From the NCBI RefSeq assembly GCF_038025025.1, contig NW_027117347.1, positions 930,001 through 994,000 on the forward strand: a stretch of 64,000 nt of DNA. The letters run 5' to 3'. This DNA comes from Phyllosticta citribraziliensis. Taxonomy: Eukaryota. The notes below the pieces were generated by a model. That model made no database searches, was not told the DNA's origin, and was given only the letters and a program-made list of their open reading frames with translations. The position numbers and the translations under genes were made by a program. Positions 23,392 to 36,542 of this stretch are shown one piece after another. Position 1 is the stretch's first letter. Each line of letters starts with the position of its first letter.

Positions 23392-26142
23392 TTAGCCAGC
23401 AACTGAAGCAGAGAGGGGAACAGGCGGCACCGCCGATTGGTCTCTCGCCGAAGACGGCCTTGCGGTCATTGGTCTGTTGGCGGGGATAGCCGAAGAGGGT
23501 CTCGCAGTCGCAGGTCTTGCAGTAGAAGGCCTCGTGAGCGTGGCAAGTCCGAATCCAAGTTTGTGCTCGTTAGCGCCACGAGCCGCCCTCTTCTTGCGCG
23601 CTTTCCACTCGGCCTTGGCGACACGCATTAGGAGATCCTCGTCCTTCACCGGGACCCAGCTCGTAAGCGTTTTCATGGCGTTTTCAAAGTCTGAATCCAC
23701 GATAATGTCACGCGTGGCATCAATGAGCGCAGCACTTGTTGCGTGAAGAACATCCATGTCGGCGTGAAAGCTGTTTCCGAGGTCGTTGGCGTTGGAAACG
23801 TCTCCAAGAAGCATAAATACGTCCCAGACTCGTAGTTGAGCTGGAAATGGGAGCGAGTAGTTGAAAAGGGTCAGGTACCACCGGGTTCCGTATGCTGTCG
23901 TGTGGATTCCATGCTCCTCCTGTTTGTTCAATTAGCGGGAACCGCCGAATAGCATGAGGACTCGCCCTTTTCAAGCGAGAAGAGATTGCAGACTTACCAA
24001 TTTTTGGGCCACATCTCCGTTGCGCAGCCAATCCCTTTCAAAATCATTAAGTGCCTCCATCAATCCTTCAAAGCCAGCCTCGTAAAGTCGGCCGAGACCT
24101 CTCAGTGTCCACATGCGCACCATCATGACAAAACACCTCTCCTCGTCATAATAGCATAGCAGAGTAGCAGCGAGAGCCGCCATGCCCTGGACGTATCCGG
24201 TCTCGGGAAAGTAGATCGCCATAGCATGCAAGACGCGGAACATGAGCCTCTGGCCACCCCGGTACCGCCGTCGAAACATGATGTGATGGCTGATTGTCCG
24301 GGGTACGTCGACATCAATCTGCATGTCGTCGGCGCAGTCTTCCTCCTGGAGCTCGTAAAAGCTTTCAACAAGCTCCTCATCTGTCACTTGTCCTGGTGTG
24401 TTCTTCGCACTTGCCGAGAGAAAGGCGTGCCATGCCGTCGCCCGCCATCTGTCCGGAATCCCTTTCCATGTGCGCTCAATCAACTTTGGATGTTTGGTGT
24501 CAAACTCAAACATCATGCCGCCCCCGGTCGTTGATCTGCCCACCATCCGACCCATCTTGCGCCACTTTTCTTCCCGCTGCCATTCTTTGCGCTTCATTCT
24601 CGCTGCAGTACGTCCGCTTTCGTCCTGTTCGGCAATGGATGCAAGTCCGGGCGGGAGAGTGAGCATATCACTGGCTTCGTCGACCAGCTTGCGTTCGCGA
24701 TTGTGGGGCAGTCTGTTGGCGGCGAGACGAAAGGGGTTCGAGCGGATGGTGGCAGTCGTCTTGACCGTCATTATGGATTCCGGTGGCCGCAATGATCGAT
24801 TCGACGAGAATCGCTTGCTGAATGTTGTCCTGGAAGACCTGGCAAACGAGGGTGTCCGGCGCAGGGTCCGTTTCCTCCTGGGGGAATCCGTGGCCAATTG
24901 CAGTTGCGTAGAAACGCGTTGCAATTTTGGCGCTTCGAACGTGACCAACGAGTCGCGCTGGTCTGGCGAGGTAATCTTTTTGGGGACAATGAAGCCATAG
25001 CGGTCCACCTCTGAACCCTCAATGTCTTCCCAGTCCTCAATGCCACCGGCAAGTTCGTGTGGTTCCTTGGAAATGGCACTCTTAGGTCTGACGCTGCTCA
25101 CAATGCTAAAGGTGCGGGGCGCGTCACCGTTGCGAGATTTGGCAATGCTAAGCGTGTCTCCATCTCGAGGAGCGGGGACACGGCCGACCTCGACAATTGA
25201 ATCCTCATTTGCGCCAGCGGGCTGTTCCATGACCCAATCGGCAGCTTTTTCGTCGCCATATTCGTACATGGACCTGACCTTTTTTGAAAGCATGGTCTCG
25301 TCTGCTGAGAGCGCGCGGGCTCCCGAGACTTCCCTCGTCGCGGCCAAGTTTCTGGGCCTCGTGTACGATGCAGCCGACGAGATGGGAACCGAGGACGGTG
25401 GTTGCGAAGCGGTGTCGGGTTCGGGGATGGTTGGACTCGGCAGCTGGGCAGGCGGTCCCGACAATGGCGACGTTGGCTCTGATGGCGCATTTGCGTCGAG
25501 TTGAGTACCCCTCTCGACTGCGCCTTGGTCAACCTCCTTCTTTGTCTGCTGATGATGATCATCCCCCTGTCCAAGGTGTCGCGTGCCATCCCGTGGTCCT
25601 TCCTTGGGATCGCGCGTCTCCTTGGCCGTGCTATTTTGGTCTTTCATTCTCTTCCCGTTTAAAAGAAGGGTCCCCCGTTTCGAAAATTGGATCCGGTTGT
25701 CTGCCAGCTCGTCAAAATCACCTTTTGGGATGTCGGTTTCGATGCTCTGGCAGCGGCTGTGGCTCCTCGACGCGTGAACATTGCTGGCCGCGGAAGAGCG
25801 GCGCGATTCGTCGTCTTGAACGACTATGGTGGGCAGGCTCGGTATTCTAGCGCGCTGACTGACGTCACAGTCGTCGGCGGGCCTCACGACAGAGGGAGCA
25901 AAGCCTGAGTCGCGCTTGGCGGCGGAGTCGACCAGGGTCGAGCTGCGCGGAGTGAAGGGCGTAGTCCTGGGGTCTGGGGAGGGGCGGCGGCGGGAAGGGA
26001 CCCAGGAGCGCGAGGATGAGGGACGCTTGGGAGGAGAAGTGGGTGGTGATGGCAGGTCTGAGTCGGAGTTGGGCTGGTTGGTGAGTTGTGCGAGGGACAT
26101 GGGCGGCGGCGGCTGGGCCTGAGGAGCGGCCCCATTTTCCAT
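23392..26142 (-). CDS. TBC-domain Rab GTPase-activating protein, 2 exons
   Basis: VDRYGF, WKGIPDRWRATAW, QIDVDVPRT (Arg finger), GYVQGM (Gln finger) and LPFPAQLRVWDVF. Intron at 23920-23997 (GTAAGT...CTAAT...ACAG). ATG at 26142 (MENGAAPQ). Confidence 0.92.
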
Positions 26143-27034
26143 GGCGGCGCGGGCCTTGTGCGCGATGAAACACGATTGATTGATTGCGGGGAGAGATGGG
26201 CGTCGGGCGAGGTTCCGGGGCGCTTTGTCTAGTTGGCGGATGAGGTGGCAGCAGACGGGGGGCGCGGGTGCAGATGTAGATGTAGAGCTGGCGGCATGGT
26301 GTTGGAGCTTGTATGTAAAAAGGGGGCCGGGGTGCGAGGTGATGGTTGGTAGAGGGCTCATGAGAGAGAGGCGGTGGTGGGTCGTCATTCGGAGATTGGC
26401 CTGAGCGACGTTTCCCTGCCACGCCAACTGACGAGGCGCCCAAGGCTAAGGCTACGGCAACGGGAGCTTTTTCTGCTGCAATATCAAAGGACCGGCCGGC
26501 TCAGCTTGTCAAACGGCGGGCTAAGCAGCGTCTGATGGGGGCGCTGTTCAATGCATTCCACCATGACAGCTTGACAGTAGTGGCAGCTGACCCGCCATGA
26601 TCATCCAGGAACTAGAGTAGAGTATCGTGTGTAGCTATGTTTCCTTGGACGAATCATGCAGGTGCCCCTGGCAGAACAGAGATCAGATCTGCATTGCACC
26701 AACGAAATTGCCAGCGAGTAGCTTGACGATAGGCACAGCCAACGTAGGTACTGGCAAGTACTCTATGACGGTGGACGCAGCCTAGGGACTGAGGTCGGGG
26801 GCAGCTGGCTGAGGCGCGAAGTGGCCAAAAATAAACATGAACCGTACATGTACCTAAGGTACAGTACAGGCGCAGGGCTGGCTGGCCGACCTGACGGAAG
26901 ACTTCCGCCGATCGCCCGGGAGTTCCGCTTTGCCCCGCCCCGCCTCTACAGTACCCAAGGTTACTCCCCCACACTCCACCCTCATAAATCAATTCAGAAC
27001 GCAACCACCTGCTCCCTCCCATCCATCTGTCCCA

Positions 27035-28353
27035 ATGGCTGCGCAAAAGGTCGCCCTCATCACCGCCGGCTCAGCCGGCCTCGGAGCCCAAATCGCCCGC
27101 ACATTTGCCCCCGACTTTCGACTTGTACGTACTTGGTGCCAATCCGAGCGGCCAATTTCCCCGCCGAGCCACTGACGACCGGGTCCCAAACAAAGGTCAT
27201 CAACTACGCCAACAACGCCTCCCGCGCCGACGCTCTGCTCCAAGACCTTCACAACATTCCACTTTCGACTTCCATTGCCGCCGCCCATGCCCAGACCCCC
27301 CGCTTCCACGCCATCCAAGCCGACGCCGGCGACAAGGCGGCAGTGCACAACTTGATCGCCGAGACGATCCAGGTCATGGGCCGCCTCGATGTCGTCGTCA
27401 GTAACGTCGGTTGGACCCGCGTGACCAACATTTTCAACTTCGACGAGGGCGTCGTCGACGAAGACTGGGACCGCTGCTACACTTACAACGTCAAAACGCA
27501 CATGTGGCTGGCATATGCCGCCAAAAAGCACCTCGAAGAGACTGAGGGAGCCTTCGTGTCGACGGCTAGTATCGCTGGTGTTAAACCGAGCGGAAGCTCA
27601 TTGGTCAGTTTATTCACCATCACCGTCACCTCTCTTGTCCAAAAAAGAAAAGCCAAATCATTCTCCCGAGGCATTTTCACACCTCTCGAAAAAGAAACAC
27701 CCCCAGCCCAAAAACCGACCTAGCTGACGGTCCGCTTGCTTGCTTGCCCGACAGCCGTACGCCGTCACCAAAGCGGCTCAGATCCACCTCGCCAAAGCCC
27801 TCGCAGTCATCTGCGCCCCCAAAATCACTTTCAACTCGGTCTCACCGGGTCTGCTAATGACGGTGAGTCAAAGAAGCAAACCCTTTTTCCACTATCCTCG
27901 CCCCGGTCCCAACCTTTTCCATTTCCACCGTTACCGTTACCGTTGCACGTTGGCCCCCATTGCACCACCCGCACCCCCCCAGGTATCACCACGCATGCCG
28001 AAACCCCAGCCGCAGCTAGCCCTAGCCCCAACCTCCATTCCACCCACCGTCTCACAGGCCCCCATCACCTTCATCGTCATCACACCCTCTTTTCAATCTT
28101 TCTCCATAAAACAGAATCATGAAAAAAGAGCCTCCCCAAAAGAAACTTCTGCCAATAATGCAGCCCCGCTCTGACTCAGGGATAGGAATGGGGCGCCAAG
28201 TTCCCACCCGAAAAGATCGAGCGCAGCATCAACAACACCAAGCTCAAGCGCTTGGCCACCGTCGAGGACGTCGCGGCTCAGGTGCGTCTGTTGGCGACCA
28301 CCCGCTCCATGACGGGGCAGAACATCGTCGTCGATAGTGGGTTTAGCGTCTAG
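27035..28353 (+). CDS. Short-chain dehydrogenase/reductase, 4 exons
   Basis: KVALITAGSAGLG, LDVVVSNVG, catalytic YAVTK, NSVSPG and the C-terminal SMTGQNIVVDSG. Three GT-AG introns, the third about 325 nt. Confidence 0.9.
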
Positions 28354-28573
28354 GTAGGTTCAGAAAGGGTCGTCTTTTCATTGGGCATGACACGACTGAT
28401 ATGATTTTACGAACGCGTTGTGCTCGATCCGTCAATCCGGTTGATTCAATACGCAGGTGAGTAGGAGCTAGCTCCGTAGGTGGTGGTGGAGCATGTATAT
28501 ACAAGTTCCCTCAGGGGGCGCCAATCGTCTTTGCACAAAGCACGCTCGAATCCAACGCTACCAGGCTAGCACA

Positions 28574-29790
28574 TCACGCCGCACTGCCCTGCCCTGACGG
28601 AACGTTGTACGGACCGTATCCAGGCCTGGGGAAGCTGGGGGAGCCGTCGTCGTTCCACCCAAACTGCTGCGCACGAATGCTGCGGGCATACCAGCCATTA
28701 GTTGGGTTGCGCATGCCGTGATAGACGATCCAGTCCTCCTGGCCGTCAGGGCTAGTGGTGAAGCTGGCGTGGCCGACCCCGTAGGCCTCGGCGCGGGGGT
28801 CCTGGTAGAAGACGCAGCCGGCCGTGTGCTTGTCCCAGTCGCCGACGTTCATGGGGTCGTCGCCGACGAGCTCGAGCTGGCCGAGGCAGTAGTTGCGATT
28901 GTCGGAGCGGCCGCCGCTGTAGATGACGAATTCCTGCCCCGTCGTCGGGTTGGTGAGCTGCTGCGGGCCTTCGTTTGTGGCGAGGCGGTCGTTGAGGCGG
29001 CGGCCGTACGGCGTCTTTTCCCAGTCGCCGCTGGGCACGCTGAGGATCTGGCGCTGGCTGAAGTTGGACGCGACGGTCCACGGGTTGCTCATCTTGGTGA
29101 TGCACAGGTTGGCCGGCCACGCGTCGTACGCCCGCACCCAGCACGAGTAGATGTGGTACAGCCCCGTGCTGTGCTTGAAGTAGGTCCCGTCGATGGCGAA
29201 CTGGTCAAACGTGTCCAGCTGCGCCTTGAACGTGTACTGCGCCTCCCACGGGTCGTCGCCGAGCCCTTCGAGCACGTACATGCGGTGGTGGACCGCGGGG
29301 CACGACTGGTCGCAGAGCATCTCGACCTCGGGCGGCGGCGAGTCTGACCGCGGGTCCGCTGTGAAGATGACGTACCAGTTGTTGTCGATTTGGTGCAGCT
29401 CGGGCGCCCACAGGTTGGTCGAGTAGTTTTGGCCCTTGGGCGGGTCGAAGATGAGCCGTTTCTCGGCATTGTTCCAGTCTGTCAGGATCCGGCTGCGAAG
29501 GAGCGTGATGTTGTCAGTGGTGGTGTATGTCATGTAGTAATATTCATTGTGGCGGATGACCCATCTACGCAGAGTCAGTAATGCTCAGCCAGCCTCTGAA
29601 GATCCATATAGAGTGCTCACGGGTCGGCGCCGGTTGCACTCAATACTGGGTTGGTATAGGTGTTGTTGTTCGTGTTAGTGGCGTTGTTGAATTGACGGGA
29701 CCTCAATTGTGACGCAGCGTCAAAAGCGCCCTTGTACTGAGCTGCCACGGACGTCACCAGAAGTGACAGCAGAAGAGTAAACAGAGCCAT
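28574..29790 (-). CDS. Secreted glycoside hydrolase family 43 (arabinofuranosidase-like), 2 exons
   Basis: Signal peptide MALFTLLLSLLVTSVAA; NPVL..GADP|W spans the intron; WAPELH, FAIDG, NEGPQ and GVGHASF are present. Confidence 0.9.
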
Positions 29791-30257
29791 AATGCCTGTG
29801 CAACACACGTGCAAGCCTGAGGAGGGAGACCTGCCGTGGGCTGTAGACTTTGCCGCGGCGGCGGCCTGTCATGCCATATATACATGTACTGGCAGACATG
29901 ATGAACGGTTCAAGGTAAGGGCTGCAGTCGAGCCGGACTGCCTTTACCCGGAGAGGAAGACCGGTGCAGATGGACATGCATGCGGAAGGTCGAAGTGGAC
30001 TTGATCGTCTTGGTCGGGCAAGCAGCAGAGGCACAGGGCCAGGCAGGGAACAGGTCCAAAGGCGGGGGATCCAAGCACCGGGTCCACTTTCTTTTTGCAT
30101 TTTCTGCCCGTCCACCAATCGCAGCCCACCACCCGACGGCGCCCGCCCCCGGGGACATCCTCCGTTGCTGTCCGTTGCTTAGGTGAACCACCGCTGGGCT
30201 TCCATCGATATTGTTTTATTGGCCTCCTTGCTCCGTCCGTCGTTCACCGCCATCGCC

Positions 30258-31975
30258 ATGAACAACCAAGACTTCCGCAAGCTTATTGATCGCCCGTCTT
30301 CCGGCAGCCCGGGCACCAACTCCAGCAATGCCTCGCGCACGCCGGCTAGCTCGCTGGGCTCGCGCATGCGGTCGAGCATCCCCATGACACCGTGAGTCGC
30401 TGCCCCGGGCCTCGCGTCCTCCACAACGCCGTTGCATCTAACGTTGCGGGCCTCAGGCGCACAGTCAAGGGCGGAACTGGCATCGACTTTCAACGTCAAC
30501 TCGCCGAGCAGCGCGCAGGCTCCCAGCCCTCTACGAAGAAGTTCCGTTCCGCTGCCGCACCCAAGGGCTCAAGGCTCGCCACTGGATACACGGATCGCAC
30601 GCAGAATCGCGTCGACGAGGATGACGAGGCAGACGACCGCGCCAAACGCATCAAGGCGCTCGAGGAGAGCATGAAGCTTGGTCAAATCGACCAGGAGACG
30701 TTTGAGAAGCTGCGCGACCAAATAACTGGCGGAGACGTCAGCGCCACACACTTGGTCAAAGGCCTTGATCGCCAGCTGTTGGAGCGCGTCAGGAGGGGCG
30801 AGGACGTCCTCGGCGTGGGCAGCGGCAGCAAACCCGGGGAGAAGGAGCCAGAACCCGACGTCGACGACGAGTTTGAACAACTGGAACGAAGAGAGGTGGC
30901 GCCGGTCGTCAGGGAAAAGACGGAGAAGAAAGGCGAGACGGCTCTTGCGGGAACCAAACGCACGCGGAATGAGATTTTGGCAGAGCTCAAAGCGCAACGA
31001 CAAGCGGCCGCGGCTGCAAAGGCCGCGGCGCAACCGCAGCTGGGTTCAAAATTCAAAAGGCTCGGAGCCCATCAGACCGAGACGTACCCCAGGATTGAAA
31101 TAGACGACCATGGAAGGGAGGTTCTGATAACATTGGATGAAGATGGGCATATCAAGAGAAAGGTCAGAAAGATCAAAGCAGAGACGGAGCCTGAGGAAGA
31201 GACGTCGAGTTTGCCAATGCCAGACCCCAAGGCCAAGCCGTTGGGTATGGACGTTCCTGAGCAGCCACAGGAGGAAGAGGATGACGACGAGGACATTTTC
31301 GAGGGCGTGGGTGCCGAATACGATCCACTGGCTGGGCTGGGCGATGATGACAGCTCATCCGAGGAGGAAGACGGCGAAGTTACAGCACCAACGGAACCAA
31401 AGTCACCCTCCAACGAGCCGCCCAGAGAAACTTCCCCTGTGTCAGACAAGTCGGATTCAGCAGCAATGCCACCGCCCCCCAAACCCAAAGCTACAGGTTC
31501 TATTCCGAAGACCAACTACTTCAACGACTCCTCCCCGGCTTCTTCTACAAGCGAGCATCCACCGTCCAATCCATTGACCGACCCAACCATCCTCGCTGCG
31601 ATCCGCAAGGCCAAGGAAATCGACCCCGAAAGACTCAGAGCCGACGACGACTCTTCAACCGCCAAAGATCCCGCAGAAGAAGCGCGTCTCAAGAAGCGCG
31701 CTGCCATGCTTGCCGGTCAAGACCGCGATCTCGAAGATATGGACATGGGCTTTGGATCTAGCCGATTTGACGATGCCGAGGAGATGGAAGAGGAGGGTAC
31801 GAAGATTAAGCTGTCTGAATGGAAGGGCATGGGTGGAGGTGACGACGATGACGATGGCGGAAAGGAAAAGGGCGGCAAGAAGAGGAAGAGGGGCCCTAAG
31901 AAGAGGAAAGGGGATAAGGACAGTGCTGCTGATGTGCTCAAGACGATGGAGCGGATGAAAGAAACTGGAAAGTAG
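30258..31975 (+). CDS. RED-like protein (RED_N domain, splicing-associated), 2 exons
   Basis: MNNQDFRKL start; LGSRMRSSIPMTP|R across a GTGAGT...CAG intron; GYTDRT, GGDVSATHLVKGLDRQLLERVR and DIFEGVGAEYDP. Confidence 0.85.
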
Positions 31976-32373
31976 GCTATGCGTGGGCCAAAGATGTGTT
32001 TGGCGTGGGAAGAATATCTTCTCCGGCTAATTAACCAACCATTTATCACTCTGGCTTGCTCGAATCACGAGCGCCGTCAAATCAGAGTACAGACACGGCA
32101 AAATTGCAAATATCACCTGTGCCACATCACTCATGCCATGCAATCCCAAAAAACCAAGGCAAGTCTCCCCTTGAAGTAACAAACCACGGATCGAGAGGAG
32201 CTGATGTTCGATCAAAAAAGCCTGTCTTCTATATCCAAGAACGCTCATATCTGACCTCAAAGAGCTAATCTAAAATCTAGTACTGCTAATAATGATATCC
32301 GTCCAGAATCCAAACAATACGCCACATCTGCAAAGCAGTCTATCGAAGAAAGAAAAGGTCATAAAAAAGTCAT

Positions 32374-35178
32374 TCAAATGCCACTCTCCTTGAGGACGCT
32401 CTTGAACTTCTTCTGGAACGTCGCAACGTGCGCCGTGATGAGATCAAGATGCGACCCGTCGACGAGATGGAATTGCACGCCGCCGCCAATGTACTTGTTC
32501 CACTCGCTCAAGCCCTCCATCCACTGCTCGAGGTTGAATCCAATCCACGCGGGCGGCTTGGCGTAAAAGACGTGCATGCCAGACTTTGTCAGGCCCGACG
32601 GCTCATACGGCTTGGAAATGACCTTGAGGCTGTAGTCCGTGGCAGTCCAGGCCTCCAACTGCGTCCTCGTCATGCCCATCTCGGAAAGTCGGATGGGGTC
32701 GGCGTGCTGCATGATGAAGTCGAGGGCGTCGTCTTGAGACATGCCGGTAAGGACGGGGCGCAGCGAGACGTTGCACTCTTGCTCGGAGATGAGGCCGAGC
32801 GAGTGCGACAGGAACAGCAGACTGCCGGTCCAGTCGCGCGTGTTGATGTGGTCGACGAAGCGCGGCTGCTGGTCCAGCGCCGACAGGAAGCGCACCTCGC
32901 AGCCCGCCGCCTCGAGCCCCTTGGCCACCTCGAACGCCACGTTGCCGCCATACGAGTAGCCCACGATGGCATATGGGCCCTCGGGTTGCGCGGCGCGGAT
33001 TGCGTCGACGTATATCGCCACCATTTCGGGAAAGGATGTGAAGACCTCTTCGCCGTCGAGGCCGCGGGCGCGCAGCCCGTACACGCGTCGGTCCGTGATG
33101 TATGTTGCCAGCTTCATGAAGACAAGGACCTCGCCACCGCCAGGGTGGATGCACCACAGCGGGGTGCCGTCGCCGTTGGGCTGCAGGACGGTGACGGGGT
33201 CGTACTCGCCGCTCTGCAGCTTCTCAATGGCCTGGGCCAGCGTCTTGATGGTGGGGTTGGTCATGAAGACGGAGACGGGGATCGACTTTGAGACGCCGAG
33301 CGCCTCCTCGAAGAAGAACTTGAGCTTGAGCAGCTCCACCGACGTCACGCCCAGGTCGAAAATGTCGTCGTTGATGCCCAGCTCGCGGTCCGTCTGGAAG
33401 TAGTCGATCAGCACCCGGTGGATCGTCTTTTCCGTCTCGCTGCCCGGCGCCTCGTAGAATTGCAGCTTGTACTCCTTGATGAGCGCGTCGTTGGTTGTCT
33501 CGCACTCGAGGTACTGTCCGGCTTCGAACGCCTTGCGCAGCTTGGCGCGCGACAGCTTGCCCAGCGACGACAGCTGCAGGTGTTGCCGCGTCAGGGGAAT
33601 GACGCGATATGGCCGCACGCTGTAGTGCTGGAACACCATCTTGGTGATTTGCTCCGTCGTCTCGACACGCGCAACAATGTCGTCCTCGGCATACGTGGGC
33701 AGATATACGACGACGACGACTTCGGTGTCGTGGCCCTTGGGCCGGTGCGGGAAGACGGCCGTGAAGCCGGGCGTCAGGCCGGTGACGCGGCCGTCGTCCA
33801 GATCCGTTTCCAGGTCCTGCGTGAAGTACTTGACGCCGTTGACGTTGACGCTGTCCTTGGCGCGGCCGGTAAAGTTGAGGCAGCCCTGCCCGTCGAGGTA
33901 CGCCATGTCGCCTGTCTGGAACCACCCGTCGAGGATCGACTCGTTCGTCGCCGTCGGGTTGTTGTAGTAGCCTTGGAAGACGACAGGACCTGAGACTTGC
34001 AGATATCCCGTTTCGTTGGGGCCGAGGACTGCTCCCGTCTCTTGGTCTACGACGCGCATGTCGATGCCTGGGACGCAGTGTCCGAGCGACGCAAACTCGA
34101 GGTCGTTGGCGAGGTCGTACGACGGGCAGTTGTTGTTGTAGATGGATCCGGCGCAGGTCTCGGTCATGCCGAAGCCGGGTCTGATGAAGTCGGCGGGCGC
34201 GCCGAACTCCTTGAGCTGTAGGCTCAGGGCGGCGCACGTCTCGACGACGTTGGCTTCTCCACCAGAGATGAGGGCGCGCAGGTTCGACAGATCAAACTTG
34301 TCGTCGAAGCGGAACCCGTCGGGCTGGTTGAGGGCGCGGCGGATGTTGGCGAGGAAGAAGTTTGGCGCAAAAGTGTATGCGACTCTGTTCTTGGCCAGCA
34401 GTTCGAGGAAGAAGAGCGGTTCCTTGATCATGTCGACGGCAGGGACTTGGACCTGCTCGGCTGCCAGGTTCATGGCGTGAAGGTGGATTTCAGTCAGGTT
34501 TGCAACGTCTATTCAAGGTTAGTGATTTTCATTCACAGTTTTGACGTGTGCCTTACGGTCAAATCCGATCCAGTTGAGAAAGACGTCTTCCGACTTGGTG
34601 TCGTGGTGAAAGCTCTTTCCTCGGATTGCGGTCAACATTTGCCCATGACGGAGCATGACTGCCTTGGAGTTGCCAGTGCTTCCCGACGTGAGCATGAGCG
34701 CAGCGAGATCGTCGGCACCCTTTGAAAGACCAGTAGCCTCTTGCGCAGTCTTGTCCACGGCAAACTGGGCCAAGTCCTCCACTGGACGAAGCTTGAGGTA
34801 TTCATGGCCGACAAAGTCGTCGACGAGGCGCGAGGAAGTCAACACAAGCGGATCCAGCAGCGTGTGCAAGTGATCGAGATGCCTCTTCCGCGCCTCGAGG
34901 TCGGAGACGAGCGGAGTCGAAACAGCTGGAACATAGCCGGCAAGTACAACGGCCCAGAACCAGGTAATGTTGTCGTAGTGGTTATCGAAGTGGAGCAAGA
35001 ACCTGGTGTCCTTCTCGGCGCCCAGGCTGAGAATTGAGGACGTCTTTTCCTGCGCTATCTCGAGGAGCTTCCGGTATGTGACGTGCTTCGACCCGGCCGA
35101 GGACTCAAACAAGATGCCCCGGTTGGCGGGATACTCTGCGGCATTGACAAGAATCTGGGACAAGTTTTTGGCCAACAT
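32374..35178 (-). CDS. NRPS-like A-T-TE enzyme (aryl alpha-keto acid condensing; MicA/AtrA/PgnA-type), about 918 aa, 2 exons
   Basis: A domain: LMLTSGSTG, WIGFDHVANL (across intron 34509-34556), GFGMTET, WFQTGD, GRAKD and LGKLSR. T domain: DLGVTSVEL. TE domain: HPGGGEVLVF, GYSYGG and DGSH. No condensation domain. Confidence 0.93.
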
Positions 35179-36542
35179 GTTGAGCTGGTGTTGGACGAGA
35201 CGGGCGCCTGCTGTCGAAACCCTCGTACCGCGGCCACTCTATTAAAACATTTCCTACCGGCGAGCGACACCACATGATTGCTGCATGCGATTATCGGACT
35301 CCAGCACGTGTGTTGGTCTCGGCGTATTGATAGATTCCCGTATCCGACTCGCCTGGAGGTGTTGTTGAGGTGGATCTTCCATCAAAGGCTCCACCATATC
35401 ACTAAATCACCGCTATCACGAGTCGAGGACAATGAGTTGCAAAGATATCAGATACTTGGCTTTCTCCTTGGCAGCAAATCCCGCCTTGGAAACCTAGAGT
35501 CTAGGTGACTGAGCGATCGAAGCTTTCAACAACAAAGAATGAAGCCTCTTCCGAACCCAAGATCCAACCAACACTAAAAGAGGGATGTTTTCAGACCTGA
35601 TACGACTGGGGGATCCTGCCATGAAGATACAAGTCATTGACATACCATGCACGACTAGAGCACCCAGGCAGTAAAGCGCCGGCTTACCAACGATGATACC
35701 ACCACAGACGTCTTCTCGGTTTAATTGGACGAATGCCTTGAAACTTGGCCATCGATCGATACCCGCAGTCCAGATCCATCATGGTAGACACGGGCTAACC
35801 CGACAGTAACCGAGACACGAGTAAAGTAATCCCTTAAACCAAGCTCTCTCGCGTGCGAGTCCTGCATCTATCACGATTTGCCTCTGCTGAAGTCTGTTCC
35901 TTGCCGATCTTCGCTTACGGGGGGAATCTCCCGACTCTCGGAAGCCGAGCCCTACAGGGTTGATGAATAACAGCGTGGACGTGGGATGATGAAGTTTTTT
36001 GCGCCTGAAGATGTCGAATACCGAAACTCGTTGTTTCGTTGGCGTCGAAGTTTCGGGTGGAAAGACTTGCTGGTTGTGGTTTTTGGCGCTGTCGCTGTCC
36101 TGTCCAGTGGCTATTTTTGTCGAGATTGCGGCGGATACCAATGACTAGGTCAACGTCTCGCCTCTTGATCATGACAAGTCGATATTGCGGAACAGTAAGC
36201 ATGGTTGCAACAGACGTTGAGAGTGTATTCCAGCAAATAGTACTTGTTCAATGACACGCGTAGCAGGGATTATGCCTTTCGGCAGCCGGCGTCGCGAACC
36301 ACTGGCCTGGAAAAGGTTTCCATGAGCAAGTCGACAAAAACACAAATGTTCCGATGGGGTTTCCAACGACGTCACTCTCTGTCCAGTTTGAACGTCAAGT
36401 TGTAGCCAATCACGTTTGCTCTGGTGCATGCAACTGATTGCTATAGAACAAGCTCAATCCCAAAAGCCGGCGCAAACTCGTGGCTTGAACGCCTTCCCGC
36501 GAGCTTGTATCTTCGAGTGGCGTTTTTAACGAGCGTTTAAAC

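Noticed and set aside
27862..28186. Long SDR intron as a snoRNA host
   Set aside because: No convincing box C/D or H/ACA arrangement; mostly C-rich low-complexity sequence.
32428..34237. Long overlapping ORFs (287, 337 and 191 aa) within the NRPS-like gene
   Set aside because: Alternative or antisense frames of a GC-rich gene, with Arg/Ala/Pro-rich non-coding composition.
35676..36473. AAGCCGGCGC in opposite orientations in the NRPS/LovD intergenic region
   Set aside because: About one shared 10-mer is expected by chance in ~1.4 kb, so it is not meaningful without conservation data.
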